The notes beneath the pieces are model-generated. The model was not told the DNA's origin. It saw only the letters and a list, made by a program, of their open reading frames with translations, and searched no databases. Positions 46,839 through 56,088 of a stretch of 64,000 nt of DNA are shown here, one piece after another. The stretch is taken from the IMG/VR virus record IMGVR_UViG_3300050821_003659, positions 11,962 to 75,961 of that record. One strand, written 5' to 3'. This stretch comes from a virus. How positions within the stretch are numbered: position 1 is the first letter of the stretch; each line of letters opens with the position of its first letter. The translations under genes were made by a program, and so were the position numbers.

Positions 46839-46847
46839 AGGTGACGC

Positions 46848-47882
46848 ATGGCAGTTCGCACACTCGATCCGAAGCGACAGAGTTACAAAGCTGAGGCACT
46901 CGCGTCACGCCTCTCCCTCCGCATCGTCGGACAGACGGGGCCGACACAGGCCCTCCTCTCCGCAATCGCAAAGTATCAGAGCGGCTTCTACGACAAGACG
47001 AAGCCTATCTTCAGCATGCTTGGACTGGGGCCTACGGGCGTCGGCAAGACTGGCGTGTTTGAAGCCTTCGCGGAGGGCCTGTTCGGTTCTCCGAAGCACA
47101 TGCTGAAGGTTGACTGTGCGGAGTTTCAGCACAGCCACGAGATCGCAAAGTTGGTCGGCTCTCCTCCCGGATATCTCGGACACCGTGAGACGCACCCGTT
47201 CTTTACGAACGCGTCTCTCGCGGCTCTGCGGACTCCTGAGCTAGACTTCACCATCGTTCTCTGGGACGAGATCGAGAAGGCAAGCGACTCTCTCTGGAAT
47301 CTCCTACTCGGCATCCTCGACAAAGGGACGCTAACCACGGGGACGAACGAGAAGGTTGACATGACGAAGACGGTTCACCTCATGACCAGCAACGTCGGCT
47401 CTGCGGACATCAGCGACGAGGCATCTATCGGCTTCGACGCTGGACAGAAGCAGATGACCGACCAGCAGGTGAGCGACACCGTGATGGCTGCGGCACGCCG
47501 CAAGTTCATGCCCGAGTTCCTCGGTCGTCTGGACGAGATCGCGGTGTTCAAGACTCTGACCGAGTCTGAGATCGCAGAGGTGCTGGGGCTGCAACTGAAC
47601 GACCTGAGCGACCGCATCATGCTCAGTGCACCTGTACCTTTCGAGTTCAACGTGTCGCCCGCTGCTATCCGGCAACTGCTGAAGGAAGGATACGACAGGC
47701 GATACAACGCACGCGGTTTGAAGCACGTGATCGAGAAGCACATCGCCCTCCCCCTTGGACGGCTGATGTCAACCGGACAGGTGATGCCAAATGACATCAT
47801 CATCGTGGACTTCGACCAGAACTGGAAATACTATGCCCAAATCCCCCTTGCCCGAGCCGCTGCGGAAGGCGATATACTTTAG
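46848..47882 (+). CDS. Single-domain Clp (ClpA/B/C D2-type) AAA+ ATPase with an IGF loop
   Basis: GPTGVGKT, GSPPGYLG pore loop, WDEIEKA, MTSNVG, SIGFD, PEFLGRLDE and NARGLK. Confidence 0.9.
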   Translation: MAVRTLDPKRQSYKAEALASRLSLRIVGQTGPTQALLSAIAKYQSGFYDKTKPIFSMLGLGPTGVGKTGVFEAFAEGLFGSPKHMLKVDCAEFQHSHEIAKLVGSPPGYLGHRETHPFFTNASLAALRTPELDFTIVLWDEIEKASDSLWNLLLGILDKGTLTTGTNEKVDMTKTVHLMTSNVGSADISDEASIGFDAGQKQMTDQQVSDTVMAAARRKFMPEFLGRLDEIAVFKTLTESEIAEVLGLQLNDLSDRIMLSAPVPFEFNVSPAAIRQLLKEGYDRRYNARGLKHVIEKHIALPLGRLMSTGQVMPNDIIIVDFDQNWKYYAQIPLARAAAEGDIL

Positions 47883-48105
47883 GGATGAGTGGAAGTGCCG
47901 TCACTGCGGCAACCGTCAAACGCTAGACCCCCATCACGTCGAGTATCGAAGTGCTGGGGGCGAACATTCAATGACCAACCTGCTCACGCTATGTCGTAAG
48001 TGTCACGACGATGAGCACGCGGGACGACTCCGAATCGAAGTTCTGGACGTGCTGACCAACGATCTCCGCGTGAGATTCTGGCGGCTGAAAGGATGGAAAC
48101 CATGA
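47833..48105 (+). CDS. HNH endonuclease
   Basis: RDEWKCRHCG...HHVEYRSAGG....NLLTLCRKCH. Confidence 0.9.
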   Translation: MPKSPLPEPLRKAIYFRDEWKCRHCGNRQTLDPHHVEYRSAGGEHSMTNLLTLCRKCHDDEHAGRLRIEVLDVLTNDLRVRFWRLKGWKP

Positions 48106-48683
48106 GCGGACTACCGAGCAGTTCTCTGGGAGAGGTACTCTTCGGCGGCGACGTGCTACCGGATGGACAGACCGTCGTGAACGCGTTGGCAAAAAAGAAA
48201 CTGAATGATCCCCTCAATGATGAAGTCGCGGCGATCACTCGCAGTGTGCAACACGACTATGATCTCGATGAGCCGAACTCTGACCGAGCGATCAAAGAGG
48301 CCGAAGACAACAACCTCGAAGTGATCTTCCCGGCTGAGAATCAGTTGCTAATCGACATCGACAGCGACCGAGCCTTCGACGTGTACATCGCGATGAAGCC
48401 TCTGCTGGAGAAGTACTACGGCATCCGCGAAGAGAAGGTCGCGTACAGCCGAAGCGGTACACCAAAGCGGCACATCACCGTCGATCTGTTCAGGACGATC
48501 ACCAACGAAGAACGCATCACACTGCAAGTGATGATGGGTTCCGACCGCGTGCGGGAGTTCCTTGGACTCATCCAGTTGGGCAACGGTGATCCGCACCCCG
48601 TGTTGTTTTTAGAAAAGAAGCCTGAGGTGACCAATGCAGGATCGACCGTATCAGATGGAAGCGGAGCAAGCGACCCTCAGTGA
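48102..48683 (+). CDS. Hypothetical protein
   Basis: LLIDID...SRSG...H, weakly reminiscent of AEP motifs. Confidence 0.6.
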   Translation: MSGLPSSSLGEVLFGGDVLPDGQTVVNALAKKKLNDPLNDEVAAITRSVQHDYDLDEPNSDRAIKEAEDNNLEVIFPAENQLLIDIDSDRAFDVYIAMKPLLEKYYGIREEKVAYSRSGTPKRHITVDLFRTITNEERITLQVMMGSDRVREFLGLIQLGNGDPHPVLFLEKKPEVTNAGSTVSDGSGASDPQ

Positions 48684-50298
48684 ATACGACAAGGGCGTGC
48701 GTCGGATGATGCACGTGATGGCGACCGGGACTGGCAAGACAGTCGTGTTCTCCAAGCTGTACGAGGCGATGAAAAGTCGATTGCCCGGACAGATGTTAGT
48801 CGTGGCACACACCGAGGAGTTGGTGAAGCAGAACGCCGACGCGATGCTGGAGTGGAATCCGGGCATCAAGGTCGGCATCGAGATGTCAGGATCGTACGCC
48901 GATGAAACGGGCGACGATGTCATCAGCACCTGCGTTGGAACGCTAGGTCGAAAGGATACCAAACGTGTCAGTCGATTTAATTGGGACAACGTGGACAAAG
49001 TCGTCATCGATGAGGCTCATCATGGGGTCACGGATGGATATCGCCGCATCCTTGACGCGGCAGGAAGCCTTCACGCTGATACTCATAAGCTGTTGCTGGG
49101 CGTTACTGCGACTCCGAACCGTCCTGACGGCGAACCCCTTTCGGACTTATTCGAGAAAGTCGCTTACGTCTATTCAATCAGACAGGCGATCAAAGACAAG
49201 TGGCTCGTCCCGATTCGAGGATATCGAACCGTAACAGACACGAGTCTGGCTGATGTGTCGAGCAATGACGGCGACTTCGTCAAAAGTGAACTGTCCGCTG
49301 CGGTGAACAACCACAAGCGGAACAATCAGATCGTGGACGTGTGGATGGCGAAGGCCGAGGGCCGACGCACGCTGTGCTTCACCGTTGACATCGAGCACGC
49401 CAAGGCACAGGCTCTGGCGTTCAACATCCGGGGCGTCGAAGCCGCCGCAGTCTGGGGCGACGATCCGATGCGGGCTGAGAAACTGGAGGCGTTCCGTGAA
49501 GGAAAAATTCGTGTACTTTGTAACTGCAATCTGCTCATTGAGGGTTTCAACGATCCGGGCATTGCGTGCGTACTACTTGCTCGTCCTACCCAAAGTGGCA
49601 TCCTATTTACCCAGATGGTAGGTCGCGGCACCCGACTGTATCCGGGCAAGCTGGATTTGATCGTGATCGACGTTGTGGACGGCACCACGAAGCACACACT
49701 GCTCACGCTGCCGACACTGATGGGCATGCAAGCCTATCTCGATCTGAAGGGCCGCTCGTTGCTTGAGGTGGTCGAGGAGTTGGAGGCACTGAAGGAAGAA
49801 CATCCGGGCGTGAACTTCGACAGTCTGGAGTCGATGGAGAAGGCGGCTTGGCTCATCGAGCAGGTCGATCTCTTCCAGATTCGATTCCCCAAGGAAGTCG
49901 AAGAGAACAGCGAACTGATGTGGTTCAAGGCGGTTGACGGCGGATACAAGATGCTCGTCCCCAAGGAAGGCGACACGCGGGCGGGCTTCCTGAAAGTTTA
50001 CGAGAACGCCATTGGTCGCTGGGAACTGGTAGGCCGGATCAACGACGTTGAATTGCACGGCACGCGTCCGACGATGGAAGAGATATTCAAGGTGAGCGAC
50101 GAACAGGTTCGCAAGCGTGTGAACAAGATGACGCTCACCAAGGTTCTGCGTGAGGCAACGTGGCACGGCAAGCCTGTCACGAAGGGCCAGCGGAAGATGC
50201 TGGAGCAGTTGTTCCCTCACAAGCAGTTCCTGTACGACCAGATGAACTCGGGGCAAGCCTCGAAACTCATCAGCGAAAGATTAGCGAGGAAGAAATGA
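48634..50298 (+). CDS. Superfamily 2 DEAH helicase
   Basis: RPYQ, ATGTGKT, DEAHH, TATP and QMVGRGTR. Confidence 0.95.
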   Translation: MQDRPYQMEAEQATLSEYDKGVRRMMHVMATGTGKTVVFSKLYEAMKSRLPGQMLVVAHTEELVKQNADAMLEWNPGIKVGIEMSGSYADETGDDVISTCVGTLGRKDTKRVSRFNWDNVDKVVIDEAHHGVTDGYRRILDAAGSLHADTHKLLLGVTATPNRPDGEPLSDLFEKVAYVYSIRQAIKDKWLVPIRGYRTVTDTSLADVSSNDGDFVKSELSAAVNNHKRNNQIVDVWMAKAEGRRTLCFTVDIEHAKAQALAFNIRGVEAAAVWGDDPMRAEKLEAFREGKIRVLCNCNLLIEGFNDPGIACVLLARPTQSGILFTQMVGRGTRLYPGKLDLIVIDVVDGTTKHTLLTLPTLMGMQAYLDLKGRSLLEVVEELEALKEEHPGVNFDSLESMEKAAWLIEQVDLFQIRFPKEVEENSELMWFKAVDGGYKMLVPKEGDTRAGFLKVYENAIGRWELVGRINDVELHGTRPTMEEIFKVSDEQVRKRVNKMTLTKVLREATWHGKPVTKGQRKMLEQLFPHKQFLYDQMNSGQASKLISERLARKK

Positions 50299-50645
50299 GA
50301 CTAGACACACTGCATCTGTCAACAGGTGAGAAGGTCGCACGTTTCTGGCGTGAGCACGCGGCGTGGTCACAGGAGACGTTCGGCACCGACCAAGAGCGAG
50401 GGCCTATCGGGGCACTCAAGCATCTGGCAAAGGAAGCTGTAGAAGCACAGGCCGACATCAGCGACCGTTCAGAATTTGCGGACTGTCTCTTCCTCACCTT
50501 CGACGCGGCACGTCGTGCGGGTATGACGCTCGATGACCTGATAGACGAGGCGTTTGCGAAGCTGGAGAAGAATCGGAAACGCGTTTGGGCTAAGCCCACC
50601 AACTCGGATGAGCCGATTGAGCACGTCCGAGGCATCCATGACTAG
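50295..50645 (+). CDS. dATP/dGTP pyrophosphohydrolase (DUF550/MazG-like)
   Basis: WSQETFG...GPIGALKHLAKE...EFADC...DAARRAG. Confidence 0.8.
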   Translation: MRLDTLHLSTGEKVARFWREHAAWSQETFGTDQERGPIGALKHLAKEAVEAQADISDRSEFADCLFLTFDAARRAGMTLDDLIDEAFAKLEKNRKRVWAKPTNSDEPIEHVRGIHD

Positions 50646-51063
50646 CAGTGAGAAGGCGAAGGACAAACGCCTTCGCGAGATTTATAATCAGACACTGGAG
50701 GAGCACAATGCAAAACGCCAAGAACAACTCAACGCCTGTGCCATCTGTCGTCGTTCCTTCACCCAGTTCCAACCCTACCAAGACCACGATCACGCGTGCT
50801 GTCCCCGGCGACAGAAACGTTACTGTGGCAAGTGCAACCGGGGTCTGCTTTGTTTCCTGTGTAACAAAAAAGTCGTAGCGTGGATCGAGTACGCTCGAAA
50901 GGTTGGCATCGACCCTCACGTCGCCATCAAGTACATTGACGACTGGACGGTGAAGATTCGTGCGAAGGGCGGCTATGAACAAAAAGAAGAAAGTCCCAAA
51001 CTTCGGAAAGCAAAAAAGAGCGTTCGATCAAGTGCTCGAAGCCTATCGAAAAACAAGGGCTAA
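50638..51063 (+). CDS. Endonuclease VII-like protein
   Basis: CAIC...DHDH...RGLLCFLCN. Confidence 0.85.
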   Translation: MTSSEKAKDKRLREIYNQTLEEHNAKRQEQLNACAICRRSFTQFQPYQDHDHACCPRRQKRYCGKCNRGLLCFLCNKKVVAWIEYARKVGIDPHVAIKYIDDWTVKIRAKGGYEQKEESPKLRKAKKSVRSSARSLSKNKG

Positions 51064-51379
51064 CGTCACTCTCATTGGATGCGTGAACATCAACCCCAGC
51101 GGAGGTGGTGGAGGATCGGTGGACAAGGCAAAGCCGCTGCCTTCAGAGTTCCGCTGCGATGTCGAGCGAGTGGTCGAGGCTCTGGTCGCGACCAAGTATC
51201 ATCTGCACTTCTGGGCGGCGTACACGTGGTACGACAGCGACGACGCTCTCGACCGCGAGATGTTCGCACAGAAGATGCTAGGCGACAGGCGGCATTCGTG
51301 GGAGCAGCGATTAGGTGCCAAGTTCATCGAGATCGGGCTTCACCCGCCGACTCTTTATTTCCGTCACAAGAGGGTCTGA
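50975..51379 (+). CDS. Hypothetical protein
   Basis: Open frame with operon packing. Confidence 0.65.
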   Translation: MNKKKKVPNFGKQKRAFDQVLEAYRKTRANVTLIGCVNINPSGGGGGSVDKAKPLPSEFRCDVERVVEALVATKYHLHFWAAYTWYDSDDALDREMFAQKMLGDRRHSWEQRLGAKFIEIGLHPPTLYFRHKRV

Positions 51380-51975
51380 TGAAATATCCTCGTCGCAAGG
51401 TCAAACGCACGAAACACGGCGACTATGAACGGGTTGTCAAGTTTCCCGTCTGGTCTGGTTATCAGGTTCACGTCATTTTCACGAACGACATCGCGGCGTC
51501 TCGCAAGGCCCGCTACGGATCGGCTGGAGCGTCTGAGGGTGCCCGAGCACTGCATTCGAGTGCAGAGGGTGGACACAGTCATCTGTTCTTCAGGATCGGC
51601 AACTCTCCTGCGGGTGTGATCTCGCACGAGTCTTGGCACGCGATTCGTTGCATGATGGTGGACTTCGGTGGAGTCACAATCATGGAGAACGAGGTGACCG
51701 CGTATCACCTCGGCTACCTCACGCAAGAAGTCGTCAGCTTTCAGATCGATCTGATGGACGCAAAGATTGGAGTTAAATCTAGCAGTAGAAAGAAGGCAAC
51801 ACATGGCAACAAAGATTCACAAAGGTCTGTGGCTGGAATGCAAGGTGTGCCCACACACTCCCGAGGAGTTGGAACTGAAAAAGCGGGAGAAGCGGGAACG
51901 CCTGAACCTTCGTCGCAAGCGGATGGACACGGGGGCGACCTTGGATACCGTCGTGAGACGACAGGTGGCCTATGA
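51379..51975 (+). CDS. HExxH-containing hypothetical protein
   Basis: ISHESWHAI...NEVTAY. Confidence 0.65.
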   Translation: MKYPRRKVKRTKHGDYERVVKFPVWSGYQVHVIFTNDIAASRKARYGSAGASEGARALHSSAEGGHSHLFFRIGNSPAGVISHESWHAIRCMMVDFGGVTIMENEVTAYHLGYLTQEVVSFQIDLMDAKIGVKSSSRKKATHGNKDSQRSVAGMQGVPTHSRGVGTEKAGEAGTPEPSSQADGHGGDLGYRRETTGGL

Positions 51976-52291
51976 GCTAGGCGGGCCTGACGCCGAACCA
52001 ACGAAGGATGAGAAGTTTCAAATCCTTCAGAAGTACGGCATCGCAGCGGCACGGATCGACCGAGGAGTGAAGAAACCCACATGGATGACGGAGGCAGCAT
52101 GGAACCAGAAACGAGCGGAGTTTTACAAGGCGACAGCGGGGCTAGTCCCGAAGGAACAGTTCAAGCGGAGCAACCGACCGCAGCCGAACCAAAGCCGTAC
52201 GGGGGACTCACGCCCGAGGAACTCGAACGCATCCCACCGGAGTTTCGCCCGGACAAAGACGGCAAGTACCCCGCGATCACCCCGCAGCTAA
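51803..52291 (+). CDS. Hypothetical basic protein
   Basis: Open frame with a purine-rich RBS; overlaps both neighbours. Confidence 0.55.
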   Translation: MATKIHKGLWLECKVCPHTPEELELKKREKRERLNLRRKRMDTGATLDTVVRRQVAYELGGPDAEPTKDEKFQILQKYGIAAARIDRGVKKPTWMTEAAWNQKRAEFYKATAGLVPKEQFKRSNRPQPNQSRTGDSRPRNSNASHRSFARTKTASTPRSPRS

Positions 52292-52746
52292 TCCGGGCGA
52301 TGCGTGGGAAGTACTTCACGGTGCGTCACGTCCTCCTGACCAACTGCGGTCACCGGATCGACATGATAAACCAGCCGAAGAATAACTGTGAGAACTGCTG
52401 GTTTCAGTGGTTCAACACTCACCCTCAACTCGTGGAGACGGCGGATCAGTTCTTCCGCACCCACGGCAAAGGCCCGCTCATCGGTATGCGTGGTCAGAAG
52501 TTTTTCAAGATGTTCGTTCGCTATATGGCGACGGTCATCCACTTCATGAAGCAGGAGGCGGAAGCCAAGGCAGCACTGGAGAAAGCAAATGAGTCTGGTA
52601 GTCAAGAACAACCCACAGGACAACCAACCAGTTCTACACCAGCAGCAAGCGGTGAAAGCGAAAGCGGAGAAGTTGCCGCCAGTAGCACCCCAGTTGTCGA
52701 AAGCGGAGAAGCTGAAGGCAATCGAGGGGCTGACTCGGTCGTTTAA
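52081..52746 (+). CDS. Hypothetical protein
   Basis: CGH...CENCW core; start possibly slightly downstream. Confidence 0.6.
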   Translation: MDDGGSMEPETSGVLQGDSGASPEGTVQAEQPTAAEPKPYGGLTPEELERIPPEFRPDKDGKYPAITPQLIRAMRGKYFTVRHVLLTNCGHRIDMINQPKNNCENCWFQWFNTHPQLVETADQFFRTHGKGPLIGMRGQKFFKMFVRYMATVIHFMKQEAEAKAALEKANESGSQEQPTGQPTSSTPAASGESESGEVAASSTPVVESGEAEGNRGADSVV

Positions 52747-53788
52747 CACCGAGTACGAAACACAACTGATCCAGAAGCTGGGCAAGAAGACGGGCGTTCG
52801 TCTCCCTTGCCTAGTCTCTGGGATGCCAACGTTCGATGAGACGCTGATGTCCTGCGGGGGAATGCCTCGCGGTCGCGTCATCGAAATTTACGGGCCTGAA
52901 TCATCCGGCAAGACGACTCTCGCTCTGCACTTCGTGGGAATGGCACAGAGGCTTGGCGAGTACGCGTTGTTCGTTGACGCGGAGCACGCACTCGATCCCA
53001 ACTACGCGAAGACGCTGGGCGTCGATGTCGATAACCTCGTCATCAGCCAGCCGGATTACGGAGAGCAAGCGTTGGAAGTTGTCGATGCTGCACTCGATAC
53101 ACGGGCGTTCGGCGTGATCGTCGTTGACTCAGTCTCGGCTCTGGTGCCGAAGGCTGAACTCGAAGGCGACATGGGCGACAGCCACATGGGTCTGCAAGCA
53201 CGACTGATGTCACAGGCGATGCGTAAGCTGGTCGCCAAGGCACACCGTGCGAACTGTCTCGTCATCTTCATCAATCAGGTGCGTGAGAAGATCGGCGTCA
53301 TGTTCGGCAATCCCGAAGTCACGACTGGCGGACGTGCGTTGAAGTTCTGGTCGTCGGTGCGTCTCGAAGTTCGTCGTCTCTCGAAGACAGACGGCGGCGA
53401 GATCAAGGACGAGCAGGGTACGCACATCGGTCACAAGATGCGGATCAAGAACGTGAAGAACAAGGTCGGCCCGCCGTTCCGTGAGACTGTGGTCGATCTC
53501 TATTACGCGAAGGGCTTCGATCTGAAAGCTGATACAATCACCTACGCCATCTCAATCGGTGCCGTGGTCGAGGGCGATCAGACGAAGGAAGACGTGAAGA
53601 ACGGCACAGGCAACGGAGTTCCCAAGGGCTGGTACGGCTTCGGTGGTGAAAATTATCGAAGAATGGACTTGACACAGGAACCCCTGTATGCGAAGATTCA
53701 AGTAGAGGCAATGGCTCGAAGGGACGTTATGCTGGCTGCGGCAGCGAAAGCGGCAACCGACTCCGTCCCCCAGACACCAGCCTCATAA
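52589..53788 (+). CDS. recA: RecA recombinase
   Basis: GGMPRGRVIEIYGPESSGKTT, DAEHALDP, GLQARLMSQAMRKL and TTGGRALKF. Confidence 0.97.
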   Translation: MSLVVKNNPQDNQPVLHQQQAVKAKAEKLPPVAPQLSKAEKLKAIEGLTRSFNTEYETQLIQKLGKKTGVRLPCLVSGMPTFDETLMSCGGMPRGRVIEIYGPESSGKTTLALHFVGMAQRLGEYALFVDAEHALDPNYAKTLGVDVDNLVISQPDYGEQALEVVDAALDTRAFGVIVVDSVSALVPKAELEGDMGDSHMGLQARLMSQAMRKLVAKAHRANCLVIFINQVREKIGVMFGNPEVTTGGRALKFWSSVRLEVRRLSKTDGGEIKDEQGTHIGHKMRIKNVKNKVGPPFRETVVDLYYAKGFDLKADTITYAISIGAVVEGDQTKEDVKNGTGNGVPKGWYGFGGENYRRMDLTQEPLYAKIQVEAMARRDVMLAAAAKAATDSVPQTPAS

Positions 53789-53844
53789 ACGGGGTGTTTC
53801 AGAACATCGAACCCCTAAAGCCTTATATACAAGGCAACCAACAC

Positions 53845-53981
53845 GTGAGTGTTGGAGAGCATCTCGGCTGGCAAGGCCCAAGGGGTCGCTGGTCTGGTGA
53901 TGCCTCCCACACCGTGGAGGACGCAACCTCACCGTCTTGCCCTGTTGCGAGGGAATGACAGGGGTGCTCTCCAACACTCAC
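53845..53981 (+). ncRNA. Structured RNA closed by a 19-bp stem
   Basis: GTGAGTGTTGGAGAGCATC/GGTGCTCTCCAACACTCAC. Confidence 0.6.
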
Positions 53982-53996
53982 CATCTAGGAGGAATC

Positions 53997-54269
53997 ATGT
54001 CGAAGAAGCAGAGCAAGAAGCCCGCCCCGGTTGTCGTGCGTGACCCACTGAAGGATGCGAAGTTCGCATACTTCTCCGTCTGTTGCAACGAAGTGGCGAA
54101 GAAGACGCCGCTCGTGGCAGCGAACCGCATCACCCAGACGTATCTGGGTGCGAAGCCTGAGGCCGAAGGCACGCTCGGCTCGTGGCGTTGCTCGAAGTGC
54201 AACAAGCCGTGCAAGTGCACACGGCACGTCCGCAAGGTGGAGGAGAACAATGGAACCAAAGAAAGCTAA
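53997..54269 (+). CDS. Small Cys-rich protein
   Basis: AGGAGG RBS; SVCC...CSKCNKPC. Confidence 0.7.
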   Translation: MSKKQSKKPAPVVVRDPLKDAKFAYFSVCCNEVAKKTPLVAANRITQTYLGAKPEAEGTLGSWRCSKCNKPCKCTRHVRKVEENNGTKES

Positions 54270-55392
54270 CCATCAGGCCAACGTCGTGCGGATCGAGAAC
54301 CTCCGTCCGCACCCAGACCCAGAGACGACGAAACTCGAACTGACTGACGTGGGCGGCTATCAGATCGTTATCGGCAAGGGCAACTTCAAGGTGGGCGATC
54401 TCGCTGTGTACGTCCAGCCTGACTCCGTTGTTCCGCAGACTGAGCCGTTCAAGTTCATCTGGGGTGAGCACGTCGGCATCGATGGCACAGTGCCCGAACG
54501 TCGGCGTCGTATCACTGTCAAGCGGCTTCGCAAAGAGTTCAGCGAGGGGCTGCTGTTGCCTATCGGAGACTTTGCAGTTACGGCGGGCAACACCACATCC
54601 ATCGCGGATGAGTTGACCCACGAGGGTGCAGATGTCAGCGAGTTGCTGGGCATCACGCACTGGGTTCCGGCGTTCGACAAGGAATCGACTGCGGCTGAGA
54701 CGGCTGCTGCTCCGAAGCGTCGTTACCCGAAGACTCTGAAGGGCTGGTTCTTCTGGACGCTCTACAAGCTGGGCTTCAAGAAGGCGGGCCGCTCTCTCGC
54801 ACAGGAAGTCGCGTTCAACTATCCCATCTACGACGTGGACGCATACAAGAATCACAAGAACTGGGTGCCTGAGGGCACGCTGGTTCAGATCACGGAGAAG
54901 ATACACGGGTCGAATGCCCGCTACACCTTCACCGAGGGCGTCTTCTACGCTGGCTCTCACGAGCAGTGGAAGCAGGACGGTGCGAACGTTTGGTGGAAGG
55001 CCGCACGGCAGTTCCCCCAGATCGAGAAGTGGTGCCGCGAGAATCCGGGGCTGGTGCTCTATGGCGAAGTAGGCCCGACACAGGGCGACAACTTTCGCTA
55101 CGGGGCGAAGAACGGCGAGGTGTTCTTCTTCGCGTTCGACGTGTACGACCCTAAGGCTAACACGTGGACGTTCGCGGGCGATGCGGGGTTCTCTTTCAAC
55201 CTCTGCGTCCCTGTCTACTCGACCGGAGCATCCTTTGGGCCAATCGTCTTTGCGTGGGTTGATGGACAGACGACAGTGCCCGGAGCCACTGGCATCCGCG
55301 AAGGTGTCGTGATCCGCATCGTCGGCAACACGACAACACGTGGCAAGCTGAAGATCGTGAGCAACAAGTTTCTGGAGAAAGACAACAAATGA
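54250..55392 (+). CDS. RNA ligase, DRB0094/Rnl2-like
   Basis: N-terminal OB-like module (FKVGDLAVYVQPDS, SEGLLLP), TEKIHGSN, LYGE, FDV and REGVV. Confidence 0.85.
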   Translation: MEPKKANHQANVVRIENLRPHPDPETTKLELTDVGGYQIVIGKGNFKVGDLAVYVQPDSVVPQTEPFKFIWGEHVGIDGTVPERRRRITVKRLRKEFSEGLLLPIGDFAVTAGNTTSIADELTHEGADVSELLGITHWVPAFDKESTAAETAAAPKRRYPKTLKGWFFWTLYKLGFKKAGRSLAQEVAFNYPIYDVDAYKNHKNWVPEGTLVQITEKIHGSNARYTFTEGVFYAGSHEQWKQDGANVWWKAARQFPQIEKWCRENPGLVLYGEVGPTQGDNFRYGAKNGEVFFFAFDVYDPKANTWTFAGDAGFSFNLCVPVYSTGASFGPIVFAWVDGQTTVPGATGIREGVVIRIVGNTTTRGKLKIVSNKFLEKDNK

Positions 55393-55544
55393 TCGCACTG
55401 ACAATAGCAGGGAGCATCGCTTCCATCCTCGGACTCGGCGTCTCCCTCTATGTTCTTGTGCGAGAGTTGCGAATCGAAAACGAAGTTCACATCCTGAAGA
55501 CTGAAGAGGAGCAATGGCATGATGAGCAAAACGTTCGCCGCTAG
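55389..55544 (+). CDS. Small single-TM protein (possible lysis accessory)
   Basis: 51-aa ORF with a hydrophobic N-terminus; ATGA overlap. Confidence 0.5.
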   Translation: MIALTIAGSIASILGLGVSLYVLVRELRIENEVHILKTEEEQWHDEQNVRR

Positions 55545-55932
55545 AATGTTAACAGGTCTGTTCCTTGGAATCGTGGTCACGGTGCTCGTGAGTCTGGGGC
55601 ACTGTGCCACGACATCGAACCGCAAAAACTCTCTTGGCACCGTCAGCTACGACCACAATCCTCTCATGTACCTTGCAGGTTCGCTCACACAGACCAGTGA
55701 CGCCGTCTCGAACATCGACGGGAATCTAAACCTGAGGATCAACCCCCTCGGTACGTACATGCTGTACGATGAGTCCGTTCTGTTCTGCGGGTTGCCTGTC
55801 GATAAGTTTCAGGGCGTCTCTGAACCGTTCGTGATGACCTACGAGCGACAGGCCCACCGAACAGTGCAGGGCATCGGCTGTCACAACCTGCTACTTGTGA
55901 ACCATGTTGTTATCGAGCAGAGGTTGAAATGA
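55519..55932 (+). CDS. Membrane-anchored hypothetical protein
   Basis: GAGGAG RBS; N-terminal TM segment. Confidence 0.65.
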   Translation: MMSKTFAARMLTGLFLGIVVTVLVSLGHCATTSNRKNSLGTVSYDHNPLMYLAGSLTQTSDAVSNIDGNLNLRINPLGTYMLYDESVLFCGLPVDKFQGVSEPFVMTYERQAHRTVQGIGCHNLLLVNHVVIEQRLK

Positions 55933-56088
55933 AAATAGGCATCGAGATCGGGCACGACGAGAAGTACCTCACCTCAGTCAATGGCTGGGTGAGATCGAGT
56001 TGGTACATCACGGTGTCGATTCCCTGTCGTGTGCAGTGGGACATGGAGTATCACTGGGGTTGGAAGAGTCGAACGTGGAGGTGGTATC

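Noticed and set aside
50295-50645. DUF550 enzyme as a sign of a 2-aminoadenine (Z) genome
   Set aside because: No PurZ or DatZ-like gene in this window, and DUF550 is common in ordinary phages.
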